Assembly (NCBI GenBank): GCA_026396705.1
Contig: JAPLWE010000064.1
Span: forward strand, 1 to 46,285
Reading direction: 5' to 3'
DNA length: 46,285 nucleotides
Source: Candidatus Gribaldobacteria bacterium
Lineage (GTDB): Bacteria; Patescibacteriota; Minisyncoccia; Minisyncoccales; CG1-02-41-26
This document shows, in pieces, positions 26,346 to 34,831 of this stretch. Every line of letters begins with the position of its first letter. The stretch's first letter is position 1. The translations under genes and the position numbers were made by a program. The notes under the pieces are model-generated. The model ran no database searches and was not told the origin of the DNA. It saw only the letters and a list, made by a program, of their open reading frames with translations.

Positions 26346-27041
26346 ATGGCGCAAACTCAAGCTTGGGAAAACGAATACAATAGCCCTCAATTAGTAACCA
26401 AGAAGGCCGAACCGCAAAGCGACGCCTTGCGGTTTTTTAAGTATCTCAAAAAAGAAGCAAAAATTGATTTGGCGGGTTTGCATATTTTAGATTTGGGTTG
26501 CGGCACGGGCCGAAATGCTAATTATTTAGCCCAGCTTGGCAATATAGTTGTAGGCATAGACATCTCAAAAACCGCCATTGCTTTGGCAGAAAGCCGAGCC
26601 CTAGAGATGAAAATTGACAGCCAAACTAACTATATTGTGGGAGATATCGGGGCGGGCTATCCTTTTCCTGACGAGCATTTTGATTTGATTTTGGACATTA
26701 CCTCATCAAATTCATTAAATGATCAAGAAAGGAATAACTATATCAAAGAGGTTTATCGCGTTTTGAAAAAAGATAGCTATTTATTTGTGCGAGGCTTACG
26801 CAAAGACGGCGACAAAAACGCCAAAAATTTATTAAAGCTTTACCCCGGGCCCGAACATGACACTTATACTATTAAAGAGCTGGGTTTAGTTGAAAGAGTT
26901 TTTAGTGAAAAAGATTTCCGACAATTTTATAGCCATCATTTCAAGATTAAAAAACTGCTTAAAAAATCCGGCTACGCCAAATTTAAAAACCAAAACTATA
27001 AAAGAAACTATTGGCTAGCCTACCTACAAAAAACCGATTAA
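26346..27041 (+). CDS. Class I SAM-dependent methyltransferase
   Basis: ILDLGCGTGRN, GIDIS, FDLI, EVYRVLK. Confidence 0.9.
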   Translation: MAQTQAWENEYNSPQLVTKKAEPQSDALRFFKYLKKEAKIDLAGLHILDLGCGTGRNANYLAQLGNIVVGIDISKTAIALAESRALEMKIDSQTNYIVGDIGAGYPFPDEHFDLILDITSSNSLNDQERNNYIKEVYRVLKKDSYLFVRGLRKDGDKNAKNLLKLYPGPEHDTYTIKELGLVERVFSEKDFRQFYSHHFKIKKLLKKSGYAKFKNQNYKRNYWLAYLQKTD

Positions 27042-27118
27042 AAGATATATGAACTTTGCCTTAAAATTTAATATCTCTGAATAAATAGATTACGCAAGAA
27101 TAAATGAAGGCCTTGCGA

Positions 27119-27188
27119 TTGACTTTTGCTTTTTTGTCCAGTATAATGCTTCTACTGGACAAAAACAACCTATTTTGTCCATTAGAAG
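27119..27188 (+). promoter_or_regulatory. sigma70 promoter overlapped by three operator-like repeats
   Basis: TTGACT, 17 bp, TATAAT (27142-27147). Inverted repeat TTTTTGTCCAGTA (27131-27143) / TACTGGACAAAAA (27153-27165); third copy TTTTGTCCATTAGAAG (27173-27188). Confidence 0.8.
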
Positions 27189-27197
27189 TAAAATAAT

Positions 27198-28493
27198 ATG
27201 CAAAATAGCCTGAAAAATGTCGTTTCTAGCCAAAAATTGCAAAAAGAGGAGCTTTTGGCTCTTGCCTACATAGATAGAACCAAAGAACCATTTGCTAGAA
27301 AATGGTTGGATTCAACTTTAATAAAAGTTGTTCTCGGCCCTCGACGGGCTGGCAAGTCGGTGTTTTCTCTTATGCTTTTGAAGGATTATCCGTTTATGTA
27401 TTTCAATTTTGATGATGAAATATTGTCAAATATAGGCGGCGTATCTACAGACGAACTAATGAAAGAATTGCATGTCGCGTATGGTGGCGATGTAAAAACT
27501 ATTTTGTTTGATGAAATACAAAACCTGCCAAGTTGGGAGCTCTTTGTTAATCGTTTGCATCGCGCTGGGTATAATCTTGTGCTTACCGGATCTAACGCAC
27601 AGTTACTCTCAAAAGAACTTGCCACGCATCTTACTGGCAGGCATATGCCCATAGAAATATTGCCGTTTGATTTCAACGAATTTCTTCGAGCAAAAAAATT
27701 CGTTATAAACCAAGAATACGCTTCTTTGCCGCGACAACGAGGCGAACTGTTGCATCTTACGGAAAATTATCTTCTTAATGGCGGATTTCCCGAAGTGACA
27801 TTAAATAATGTTGATTCCAAAGATTACCTTGATGTTCTTCTTGACGCGTCTCTTTTCAAAGATGTGGTCAAGAGACATAGGGTTAAATTTTCAACCCAGA
27901 TAGGCAACTTGGCCGCGCATCTGATAAATAATTTTGCCAATTTGTATACGGCGCGCAAACTGCTTGAGGCCTTAAACTTAAAGAGCGCCACCACTATAGA
28001 AAAATACATAGATTATCTTGAAGAGGCATATTTAATTTTTTCCTTGCTCCGCTACTCGCCAAAATCGTTAGAACGGATAAAGTCGCCCCGAAAAGTTTAT
28101 GTTGTTGATAATGGTTTTGTCGGCGCAAAAGCAATTCAGCATTCTCCCGACAAAGGCAGGTTGATGGAAAATCTTGTCTTTATTGAACTCGTTAAGCGCG
28201 GAGTGAAGCCGAATAGAGAATTGTTTTATTACAAAACTCGCAATAATCGTGAAGTTGATTTTGTGGTAAAAAAAGGAATAGAGGTGGCCGAACTGATACA
28301 AGTTTGCTATGACCTAACAAATCCAGAAGCTGAACAAAGAGAAATAAAAGCTTTGATTGAAGCAGGTAAAGAGTTAAAAGTAAAAAAATTGACGATACTC
28401 ACTTGGGACGAAAGCCGACAGATAGAAAAGGACGGCATAATAATAAAGGTTGCGCCGCTTTGGGAATGGCTTCTTGAGAAAACTATATTATGA
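27198..28493 (+). CDS. AAA_14 ATPase with DUF4143
   Basis: GPRRAGKS, LFDEIQ, TGSNA.LLS.E.AT.LTGR, GGFPE, K.Y.VDNG, G.LMEN, EVDFV, LIQV. Confidence 0.92.
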   Translation: MQNSLKNVVSSQKLQKEELLALAYIDRTKEPFARKWLDSTLIKVVLGPRRAGKSVFSLMLLKDYPFMYFNFDDEILSNIGGVSTDELMKELHVAYGGDVKTILFDEIQNLPSWELFVNRLHRAGYNLVLTGSNAQLLSKELATHLTGRHMPIEILPFDFNEFLRAKKFVINQEYASLPRQRGELLHLTENYLLNGGFPEVTLNNVDSKDYLDVLLDASLFKDVVKRHRVKFSTQIGNLAAHLINNFANLYTARKLLEALNLKSATTIEKYIDYLEEAYLIFSLLRYSPKSLERIKSPRKVYVVDNGFVGAKAIQHSPDKGRLMENLVFIELVKRGVKPNRELFYYKTRNNREVDFVVKKGIEVAELIQVCYDLTNPEAEQREIKALIEAGKELKVKKLTILTWDESRQIEKDGIIIKVAPLWEWLLEKTIL

Positions 28494-28969
28494 GAGCGCC
28501 CTATCAAGTGTTGATTTTTCCTTTTATCAAAACAGCCGGCAAGTATTACTACGCTATATTTAAGAGGCGGGATTTGGGCATTTGGCAAGGCCTGGCCGGC
28601 GGGGGCGAGGGCAACGAGAGCCCCATTGAGGCGGCGAGGCGAGAGGCCCACGAGGAGGCGCTGATTGACAAAAAGGCGCGCTATATTAGGTTGGCATCCA
28701 TGACTACCATTCCAGCCGTCAATATCCGCGGCTTAAAATGGGGCGATATTATTATGATTCCCGAGCTGGCCTTTGGCGTTGAAGCGCCATCAAGAGAGCT
28801 GAAAATCAGTAGCGAACACACGCAGTATCTTTGGCTTAGTTATGAGCAGGCCATCAAAAAATTAAAATACGACAGTAACAAATCCGCGCTTTGGGATCTG
28901 GACTATCGCCTAAAAAACGGCCCGGCTGGCGCAGAAAAAAACATCCAATCCATCAAAAAGTTTTTATAA
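28490..28969 (+). CDS. NUDIX pyrophosphohydrolase (NudB-like)
   Basis: WQGLAGGGEGNESPIEAARREAHEEA Nudix box; SEHTQYLW. Confidence 0.9.
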   Translation: MRAPYQVLIFPFIKTAGKYYYAIFKRRDLGIWQGLAGGGEGNESPIEAARREAHEEALIDKKARYIRLASMTTIPAVNIRGLKWGDIIMIPELAFGVEAPSRELKISSEHTQYLWLSYEQAIKKLKYDSNKSALWDLDYRLKNGPAGAEKNIQSIKKFL

Positions 28970-28976
28970 ATTAATT

Positions 28977-29401
28977 ATGACTACAAATAATCAAACTAGG
29001 GCGGTTGTTTCCGCTATTTTGTATAAAGAAGAGACCGGGCAAAAAAAGATATTCTTGCAAACTCGCTGGAAGCCAAACACCAGCCCGATGTATTCCGGGA
29101 TGTTAGAAATACCAGCCGGAGGTATTGACGCTTATGAGAATGTTTATGACAGGCCTTTGTTTTTAAGCCCTATCTTTGCCAGCAGGTTTTGCAAACAAAC
29201 AACGGCTTGCCTTGGATAGGGTTTGTTTTTCTTTGCCGAGCTGAAGGCGCTCCAATTCTTGATCCTAACGAGGCCAAAGACCCGCGCTGGGTTACTATTG
29301 AGGAATTAAGCGAAATAATCAATAAAAACCCAGAAACAATTTTTCCTTTGCAATTACCTGTCTTGCAATATTTTGTCGAGAATCGCTTTGGTCGTGGGTA
29401 G
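28977..29401 (+). pseudogene. NUDIX hydrolase disrupted by internal deletion and frameshift
   Basis: Frame 1 reaches EIPAGGIDAYENVYD and lacks the REUxEExG helix. A second frame resumes at ~29150 with QAFVFKPYLCQQVLQTNNGLPWIGFVFLC...EAKDPRWV. Confidence 0.8.
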
Positions 29402-29416
29402 GCCATTAAAAATTAA

Positions 29417-29452
29417 AACATCCCAAACTTAGCCAGAGCTAATTTTGGGATG
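29417..29452. terminator. Terminator hairpin between convergent genes
   Basis: CATCCCAAA-CTTAGC...GCTAAT-TTTGGGATG; T-rich tail on the minus strand. Confidence 0.7.
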
Positions 29453-29459
29453 ATGGATG

Positions 29460-30767
29460 TTAATTAACAAATTTTTTTAATGCGCTATTATAGGTGCTGG
29501 CAACACCGAGCCTCACTAAGGCGTCTGCGGCTAATCCGGCGTGGGTAGAAATGGCAGCAAAGGATGGTATATAGACTTTGTAGCCCATTACCCTGAGAGC
29601 CTCAAGGAAAGCTTCATTTTCTGCAAATCCTCCAGTGACGCCTATTTCATTTTTTTGTTCTAAATCGAGAGTTTTTGCTACTTCTTTATCTTTCTGTATG
29701 CCCGCATAGGCTACGGTTTTAATAAAAAAGGGCACTACTCGGTTTTTCTTTTCTGCTTTTTTCATTATAAAGTCAGCGCCAGAAGTGGCATCATTGGGCA
29801 ATTCTCTTATATCTTCATCGCTAAGATGGCTTTCTTGTTCTGTTCTCATGAAAGGGAGGCTGTATTCGGAGGCTTTTTTATAGCTTAGCCCAAGGCGGCG
29901 GAGCAATTCTTTATAAATAGCTCCGAACATTTTAACATTTGTAATGGCAGATCGTTTAGATCCAAGACCTTCAAAAGAGATTTGGGCTTCAAAAGTCTTT
30001 TCGTTTGGTTTTATTGAGGGGTCTACTTGATGAGCGCTGCCAAACCATGAACCAGTCCATAATAATGATTCACATTCGGCGAAGCCTGTTATCCGAGAAT
30101 ACAAGGAATCGTGCGAAAATGGGACTATAATTATTCCAGATGATTCTGTAATTAATTCTTGTTCTTGGAATAATGCCCAGGGTCTTATCCTGGCGACAAT
30201 GTTTGGTTCAAATATTTTTTCATATACACTTCGCCAATTTTTTGCTAACAGCCCTTGGCTATTGAGCATATTCGGATCGTGTTTTCTTTCTTCAGATAAA
30301 TACCAAGTTATGTGGTCATTAAATGGTATGATGGCTTTTGAGCCATATTTAATTTGGGGCCATCTTTTTTTAATGGCTTCCAATTGAGCATAGGGCTGAT
30401 AAATATCTACATTCACTCCGCCTGTATTCAAATAGATTTCTAGCGGTGGCACGATACTTTTAACCATTTCAAGGTGCTTTTGCTGGACTGATTGATAGTG
30501 CTGGATGCTAGGAGATGACCAATGAAGATCGGCGCCCCAGGTGGCTCCAGTGATAACATCGCCAGAGGTGGCATAATTTTTTATCATTTGGAAAAATGTA
30601 GCAAGCCAACGCGTGGGCATGCATATTGCTCCATTAGTGGATTTTTCCCACGGTATGTCGGCGCGCAGTATTTCTCTGGGCTTTTCTTTTATTTTAAACT
30701 CCATTACCGTTACGCCCGAGCTCACTCCAAAAACAATAGCAATAATTCTCTTTTGAAAATTATTCAT
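29460..30767 (-). CDS. Highly divergent FGGY/rhamnulokinase-like protein
   Basis: Ordered echoes of RhaB motifs: AIVFGVSSG, TWGAD, YQPYAQL, HDS, TGSW, FEG, VTGGF.EN; strong SD AAGGAGG. Confidence 0.6.
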   Translation of the reverse strand: MNNFQKRIIAIVFGVSSGVTVMEFKIKEKPREILRADIPWEKSTNGAICMPTRWLATFFQMIKNYATSGDVITGATWGADLHWSSPSIQHYQSVQQKHLEMVKSIVPPLEIYLNTGGVNVDIYQPYAQLEAIKKRWPQIKYGSKAIIPFNDHITWYLSEERKHDPNMLNSQGLLAKNWRSVYEKIFEPNIVARIRPWALFQEQELITESSGIIIVPFSHDSLYSRITGFAECESLLWTGSWFGSAHQVDPSIKPNEKTFEAQISFEGLGSKRSAITNVKMFGAIYKELLRRLGLSYKKASEYSLPFMRTEQESHLSDEDIRELPNDATSGADFIMKKAEKKNRVVPFFIKTVAYAGIQKDKEVAKTLDLEQKNEIGVTGGFAENEAFLEALRVMGYKVYIPSFAAISTHAGLAADALVRLGVASTYNSALKKFVN

Positions 30768-30883
30768 TTATCCTTCCTCCTTATGAAGATTATGTGTATT
30801 AAAGGTTCTGTGACGGCTCTAATATTAAACATTATCTTGGAAAAGTAAAGGGGTTGTGCTAATGTTTAAGGAAATAGAAATAT

Positions 30884-32290
30884 ATGGATATTGGCATTAT
30901 TGGGCTTGGACCATTTTGCAAGCAAAACTATATAAAATTTATCCAAAAATATAAAGATGATTATAATATCAATGTAGAGTTTTTGGTTGATGTTATTGGC
31001 GATAGCGAGTCTATTGCTAGTTATTTGCAAAAAGAAGGCATTGCGGTTGAGCAATTGATTTTTGTTGAAGGCGAGGAAAGGTTTTCGCCGGAGATAGAAA
31101 GAAATACAATAAAACAATTAGAAGTAATTCTTGAACATAAAAAAATAGATGTTGTTATAATCTCAACCGAACCGAAATCTCACTTTAAGTATTTAAAGTT
31201 TTTTATTGAAAAAGGAATTCATATAATAGTAGATAAACCGCCCGTTGCTGGCTTTGATTATGAATTCAATACCATAATCAGCCAAAGGATGATTTTAGAA
31301 AAAGATAATATTATAGCGATGCTTAACGCTAAGGCAGATGTCAAATGCCTTGTTACTACGCAACGAAGAAGCCATAAAGGATTTTTATGTATCAAGAAGC
31401 TTCTGGGCGACATCGTTAATGAATATGATCTTCCTATTAATTATATGGAGTGTTTTCATAGCGACGGAATGTGGAATATGCCCGATGAACTAATTTATCG
31501 GGAAAATCACCCTTATAGGTTTGGTTATGGCAAGATTATGCATTCTGGCTATCATTTTATTGATATGGTTTTTTGGTTGCAGGAGATTAATAAAGAAATC
31601 GAAAAATACTCTATTGCTTCTATGAAATTTAGTTGCCAAGATTTCGTTAAAAATATTAAAATAAATAACTACGAACAATTGTTAAAAACAAAAGATTTCC
31701 ACAGGCTACTTGCTAATCATACTTTATATAGAGGTTTCGGCGAGATTGATAGTTATAATATTTTTCAATTTAAAAGGGAGGATAATTCGGTAATTTCTTC
31801 TTGTCCGGTGAATCTTTTGCAGAATTCTTTCAGCCGAAGAGCTTGGCGTGAATTACCAGAGGATATGTATAAGTCCAACGGCCGATTGAGGCACGAAATG
31901 TGGAATATAGAAATTGCTCCAGTCTTGTGCATACAAATTCATAGTTATCAGTCTTTTGAGAATCAAAATCAAGAGGAAGAAAAATCTTTTAAGCAAGGCG
32001 ATGTTGGCAGTGAGGATCATTTTGATATCAATATTTTTCGTAATACCCAATTAATTGGCGGGGAGGGTTTTGAGCAGATTAAATTGGGCGTAATGGAAAA
32101 AGATTTAATGAAAGAGTCAAGGTTTACGATCATCAAACAGGTATTTGATTATATTAAAGATAAAAAAGATATAAAGCTTGAATCTGAATTTCAGGACCAT
32201 AATAATACCATTACAGCGATTGCTGAAATATATAATTTATATAAATCCAATCAATATGTTGCGCATAATATCAAATACTTTAATAGATAA
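30884..32290 (+). CDS. Gfo/Idh/MocA-family oxidoreductase
   Basis: IGIIGLGP Rossmann motif, IIST.P..H, VDKP, QRR, GKIMHSGYHFID. Confidence 0.8.
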   Translation: MDIGIIGLGPFCKQNYIKFIQKYKDDYNINVEFLVDVIGDSESIASYLQKEGIAVEQLIFVEGEERFSPEIERNTIKQLEVILEHKKIDVVIISTEPKSHFKYLKFFIEKGIHIIVDKPPVAGFDYEFNTIISQRMILEKDNIIAMLNAKADVKCLVTTQRRSHKGFLCIKKLLGDIVNEYDLPINYMECFHSDGMWNMPDELIYRENHPYRFGYGKIMHSGYHFIDMVFWLQEINKEIEKYSIASMKFSCQDFVKNIKINNYEQLLKTKDFHRLLANHTLYRGFGEIDSYNIFQFKREDNSVISSCPVNLLQNSFSRRAWRELPEDMYKSNGRLRHEMWNIEIAPVLCIQIHSYQSFENQNQEEEKSFKQGDVGSEDHFDINIFRNTQLIGGEGFEQIKLGVMEKDLMKESRFTIIKQVFDYIKDKKDIKLESEFQDHNNTITAIAEIYNLYKSNQYVAHNIKYFNR

Positions 32291-33842
32291 GATCAGAGAG
32301 ATGTTTGGGGGAAATATTATAAACATTGAAAATGTGTCTGGCGGTCTGGTGCATTATACTTATCTAGTTGTAATCGAAAAGGGAGAACAATTTATTTTGA
32401 AAATTAGGGGTGATTCGTTCAAGGAAAACTCTGACTTATATTTAGCGCCAAATGATATAGAGTTTGAGGCTGAGGTTATGAAATTATTAAATCAATTAAT
32501 GCCCGGCTGTGTGCCAGAATTAATTAATTTTTTTATGGAAGAGAACGCAATATTAATGAGCAATATCGGCGGGCAAGAGAGTAATTTTGTTCAACTAATG
32601 CAAAATGGCAAGTTGTCCTTAAAAGATTATTATAATATAGGCAAGCAAACGGGTGATTTTTGCGGCAGGATCAATAAAGAACATTTCAAGCTGAAATGCG
32701 ATAAAACCGCGGTTAATTTTGAGGATAATTTAACATTTAGATTAAACAGGCACAATCTTCCGTATCTAAGCGAGCTGGTAAAAACTGTAAAAGCTGCCAA
32801 TAAATTCAATATTTTTGGCGATTTATCTCCCAAAAATATTTTTTACATAGATGGAAAAGTTAAAATTTGCGATTTTGACAACTTCCAGACAGGACCGTTA
32901 GAGCTGGATAAATATTATTTGCTGGCTCATATCATAATTAATAATTTATCTAATGCTCTATTGGTTGATATAGTCAATAATTTTCTTTTGGGGTTTGCTG
33001 AATCTGATATTAAGGATCAGTTATCGTGGGAGATGATTTTTAAGTATATTCTATCTATAATTATTTACAGGTTTGATAATAACGCGATAAAATATGATTG
33101 CAGTAAGTCCGTAGAAGATCGTTATGAACTTGCGCAAAAGATTTATTATGCTTTTTATACTGATAAGAATTTTGATGACATGGGGCAGCTTATTTTTTAT
33201 CTTACTTCAGACAAAGTAAACGAGATTGAAGCCAAAATACTGGAAGTTAATTATAAAATTATTATTGATAAGCTGGAATCTAACAACTCTGTATTAATAC
33301 TGGACGATACAACCACCATTGAATCTTATGAAACACCCCATAAAGCTCCCGAACTTTCTGGAGACGAAGAGTTGGATGAGATGGTAAAACATTTATCTTT
33401 AATTACAAAAGGGTTTACCGTGTCTCTTGACGCGGCAGGGGCCTATTTGCGAATTAGAAGACAAAAGGGGGTATATGAATTTACTTTGAAATATAAGATT
33501 GGCGGAGAAGATCCTAATTTAAAAATTGAAAAAGAGATCAATGTAAAAATTAACGATTCTGATAAATTATTGAAAGTTAAAAAATGGTTATCTGATAATG
33601 GTTTTACTATTGTTTCTAATGAAATTAAAGATAGAAAATCTTACATCAGCCGGCTTTATGGAACAAGGATAGACATTGATAGCTGGCTTAAGCCACTAAT
33701 AGCAACCTATATAGAGATCGAGGGCTTTGACCGCCAATCTATTGAGGAAACCGCTTATTCGCTTGGGTATGCCAAGGAGTCGCTAAGCTCTATTACCGGT
33801 AAAGAGCTTTTTAAGAAATATAATGTAAAACGTGGTTTATGA
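32256..33842 (+). CDS. APH/MtnK-like phosphotransferase fused to a CYTH domain
   Basis: GGLVH..Y, ILK, FE, GDLSPKNI, DFD in the N-half; EIEAK, YLRIR, FTLK, EKE, R.SY, IDID, YIEIEG in the C-half. ATG at 32256 preferred over the upstream TTG. Confidence 0.8.
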   Translation: MLRIISNTLIDKIREMFGGNIINIENVSGGLVHYTYLVVIEKGEQFILKIRGDSFKENSDLYLAPNDIEFEAEVMKLLNQLMPGCVPELINFFMEENAILMSNIGGQESNFVQLMQNGKLSLKDYYNIGKQTGDFCGRINKEHFKLKCDKTAVNFEDNLTFRLNRHNLPYLSELVKTVKAANKFNIFGDLSPKNIFYIDGKVKICDFDNFQTGPLELDKYYLLAHIIINNLSNALLVDIVNNFLLGFAESDIKDQLSWEMIFKYILSIIIYRFDNNAIKYDCSKSVEDRYELAQKIYYAFYTDKNFDDMGQLIFYLTSDKVNEIEAKILEVNYKIIIDKLESNNSVLILDDTTTIESYETPHKAPELSGDEELDEMVKHLSLITKGFTVSLDAAGAYLRIRRQKGVYEFTLKYKIGGEDPNLKIEKEINVKINDSDKLLKVKKWLSDNGFTIVSNEIKDRKSYISRLYGTRIDIDSWLKPLIATYIEIEGFDRQSIEETAYSLGYAKESLSSITGKELFKKYNVKRGL

Positions 33843-34774
33843 CTTTTCAGATTAAAAAAATAAAGGAGATATTAAAGAGGAAAATTTTAGAGAAAGCATC
33901 TTTGAAAGATAGCGAGATAGATATTATTATTGAGCATTATCTTATTGCTGAACTTGCGGGAATCAAAACACACGGGCTATCAAAGCTTTTTTGGGATATG
34001 AATTTTTTTCCGCAAGCGATAGGGGCTGTTCCTGAAATATTAAAGAAAGATAAAGAGGTATTATTTGTAAATATGAATGGCATGATAGGCGCTTTGGGCA
34101 TTGAATGGATGGTTAACGAATTAAAGAGAAGCAAAAAGCGTTTCGCGCACTATCAAAACCTTTTACCTTTTGGCGCCCTATTTAGCGTGGCATATAAGTT
34201 GATTAACTTGCTGGGGCTTTCTGTAATGTTATTCAATAATACTGATAGATTTATGCGCCTCAAGGGCGGGCGCGATACAATAGGCACTAATCCATTGTGT
34301 TTTGCTTTTGCTTCAAACCCGCCAGTGATATTTGATATGGCCACCTCAAAAAAAAGCATGAGCTACGCTTTTGCAATGAAAGAGCGCGGGAATGATAAGA
34401 AAAATATTTTGCCAAAGGAAACATATTTAGACGAAAAAGGATTTTTCACCGTAGATCCTTTCCGAGTTAAATATGTTGTGCCAGCTGGTGATTATAAAGG
34501 ATATGGACTTGGATTTATGATAGAGCTATTTACTAAATTTTTATTTCCCCAAAAAACCGCTACGCATTCATCGGGAAAATTTTTATGCAATGGGACGATT
34601 TTAACGATAGACTCTTCGGGTTATGATAGTTTAGAACTTAAAAAATATCTTTTAAGCTTATTAGATGGATATCCGGGAGATAAAAATATGGATGATTTAA
34701 GTAAAAGCTTATTACGCGAAACAATTGATATTGAAGACGATGCTGTTATAGAAAAATTAGGATTATTGCGATAA
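33839..34774 (+). CDS. Ldh_2 family (malate/L-lactate/sulfolactate-type) dehydrogenase
   Basis: AEL.GIKTHG, GTNPLCFAF, FDMATS, GDYKGYGLG..IE, YPG. Confidence 0.85.
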   Translation: MTFQIKKIKEILKRKILEKASLKDSEIDIIIEHYLIAELAGIKTHGLSKLFWDMNFFPQAIGAVPEILKKDKEVLFVNMNGMIGALGIEWMVNELKRSKKRFAHYQNLLPFGALFSVAYKLINLLGLSVMLFNNTDRFMRLKGGRDTIGTNPLCFAFASNPPVIFDMATSKKSMSYAFAMKERGNDKKNILPKETYLDEKGFFTVDPFRVKYVVPAGDYKGYGLGFMIELFTKFLFPQKTATHSSGKFLCNGTILTIDSSGYDSLELKKYLLSLLDGYPGDKNMDDLSKSLLRETIDIEDDAVIEKLGLLR

Positions 34775-34785
34775 TGCTTGCGATA

Positions 34786-34814
34786 TTTACAAAGCTATTG
34801 ACTATATGTATAAT
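34786..34814 (+). promoter_or_regulatory. sigma70 promoter for the secreted-protein operon
   Basis: TTTACA, 17 bp, TATAAT. Confidence 0.65.
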
Positions 34815-34831
34815 CCAAGCAATGAAAGTTT

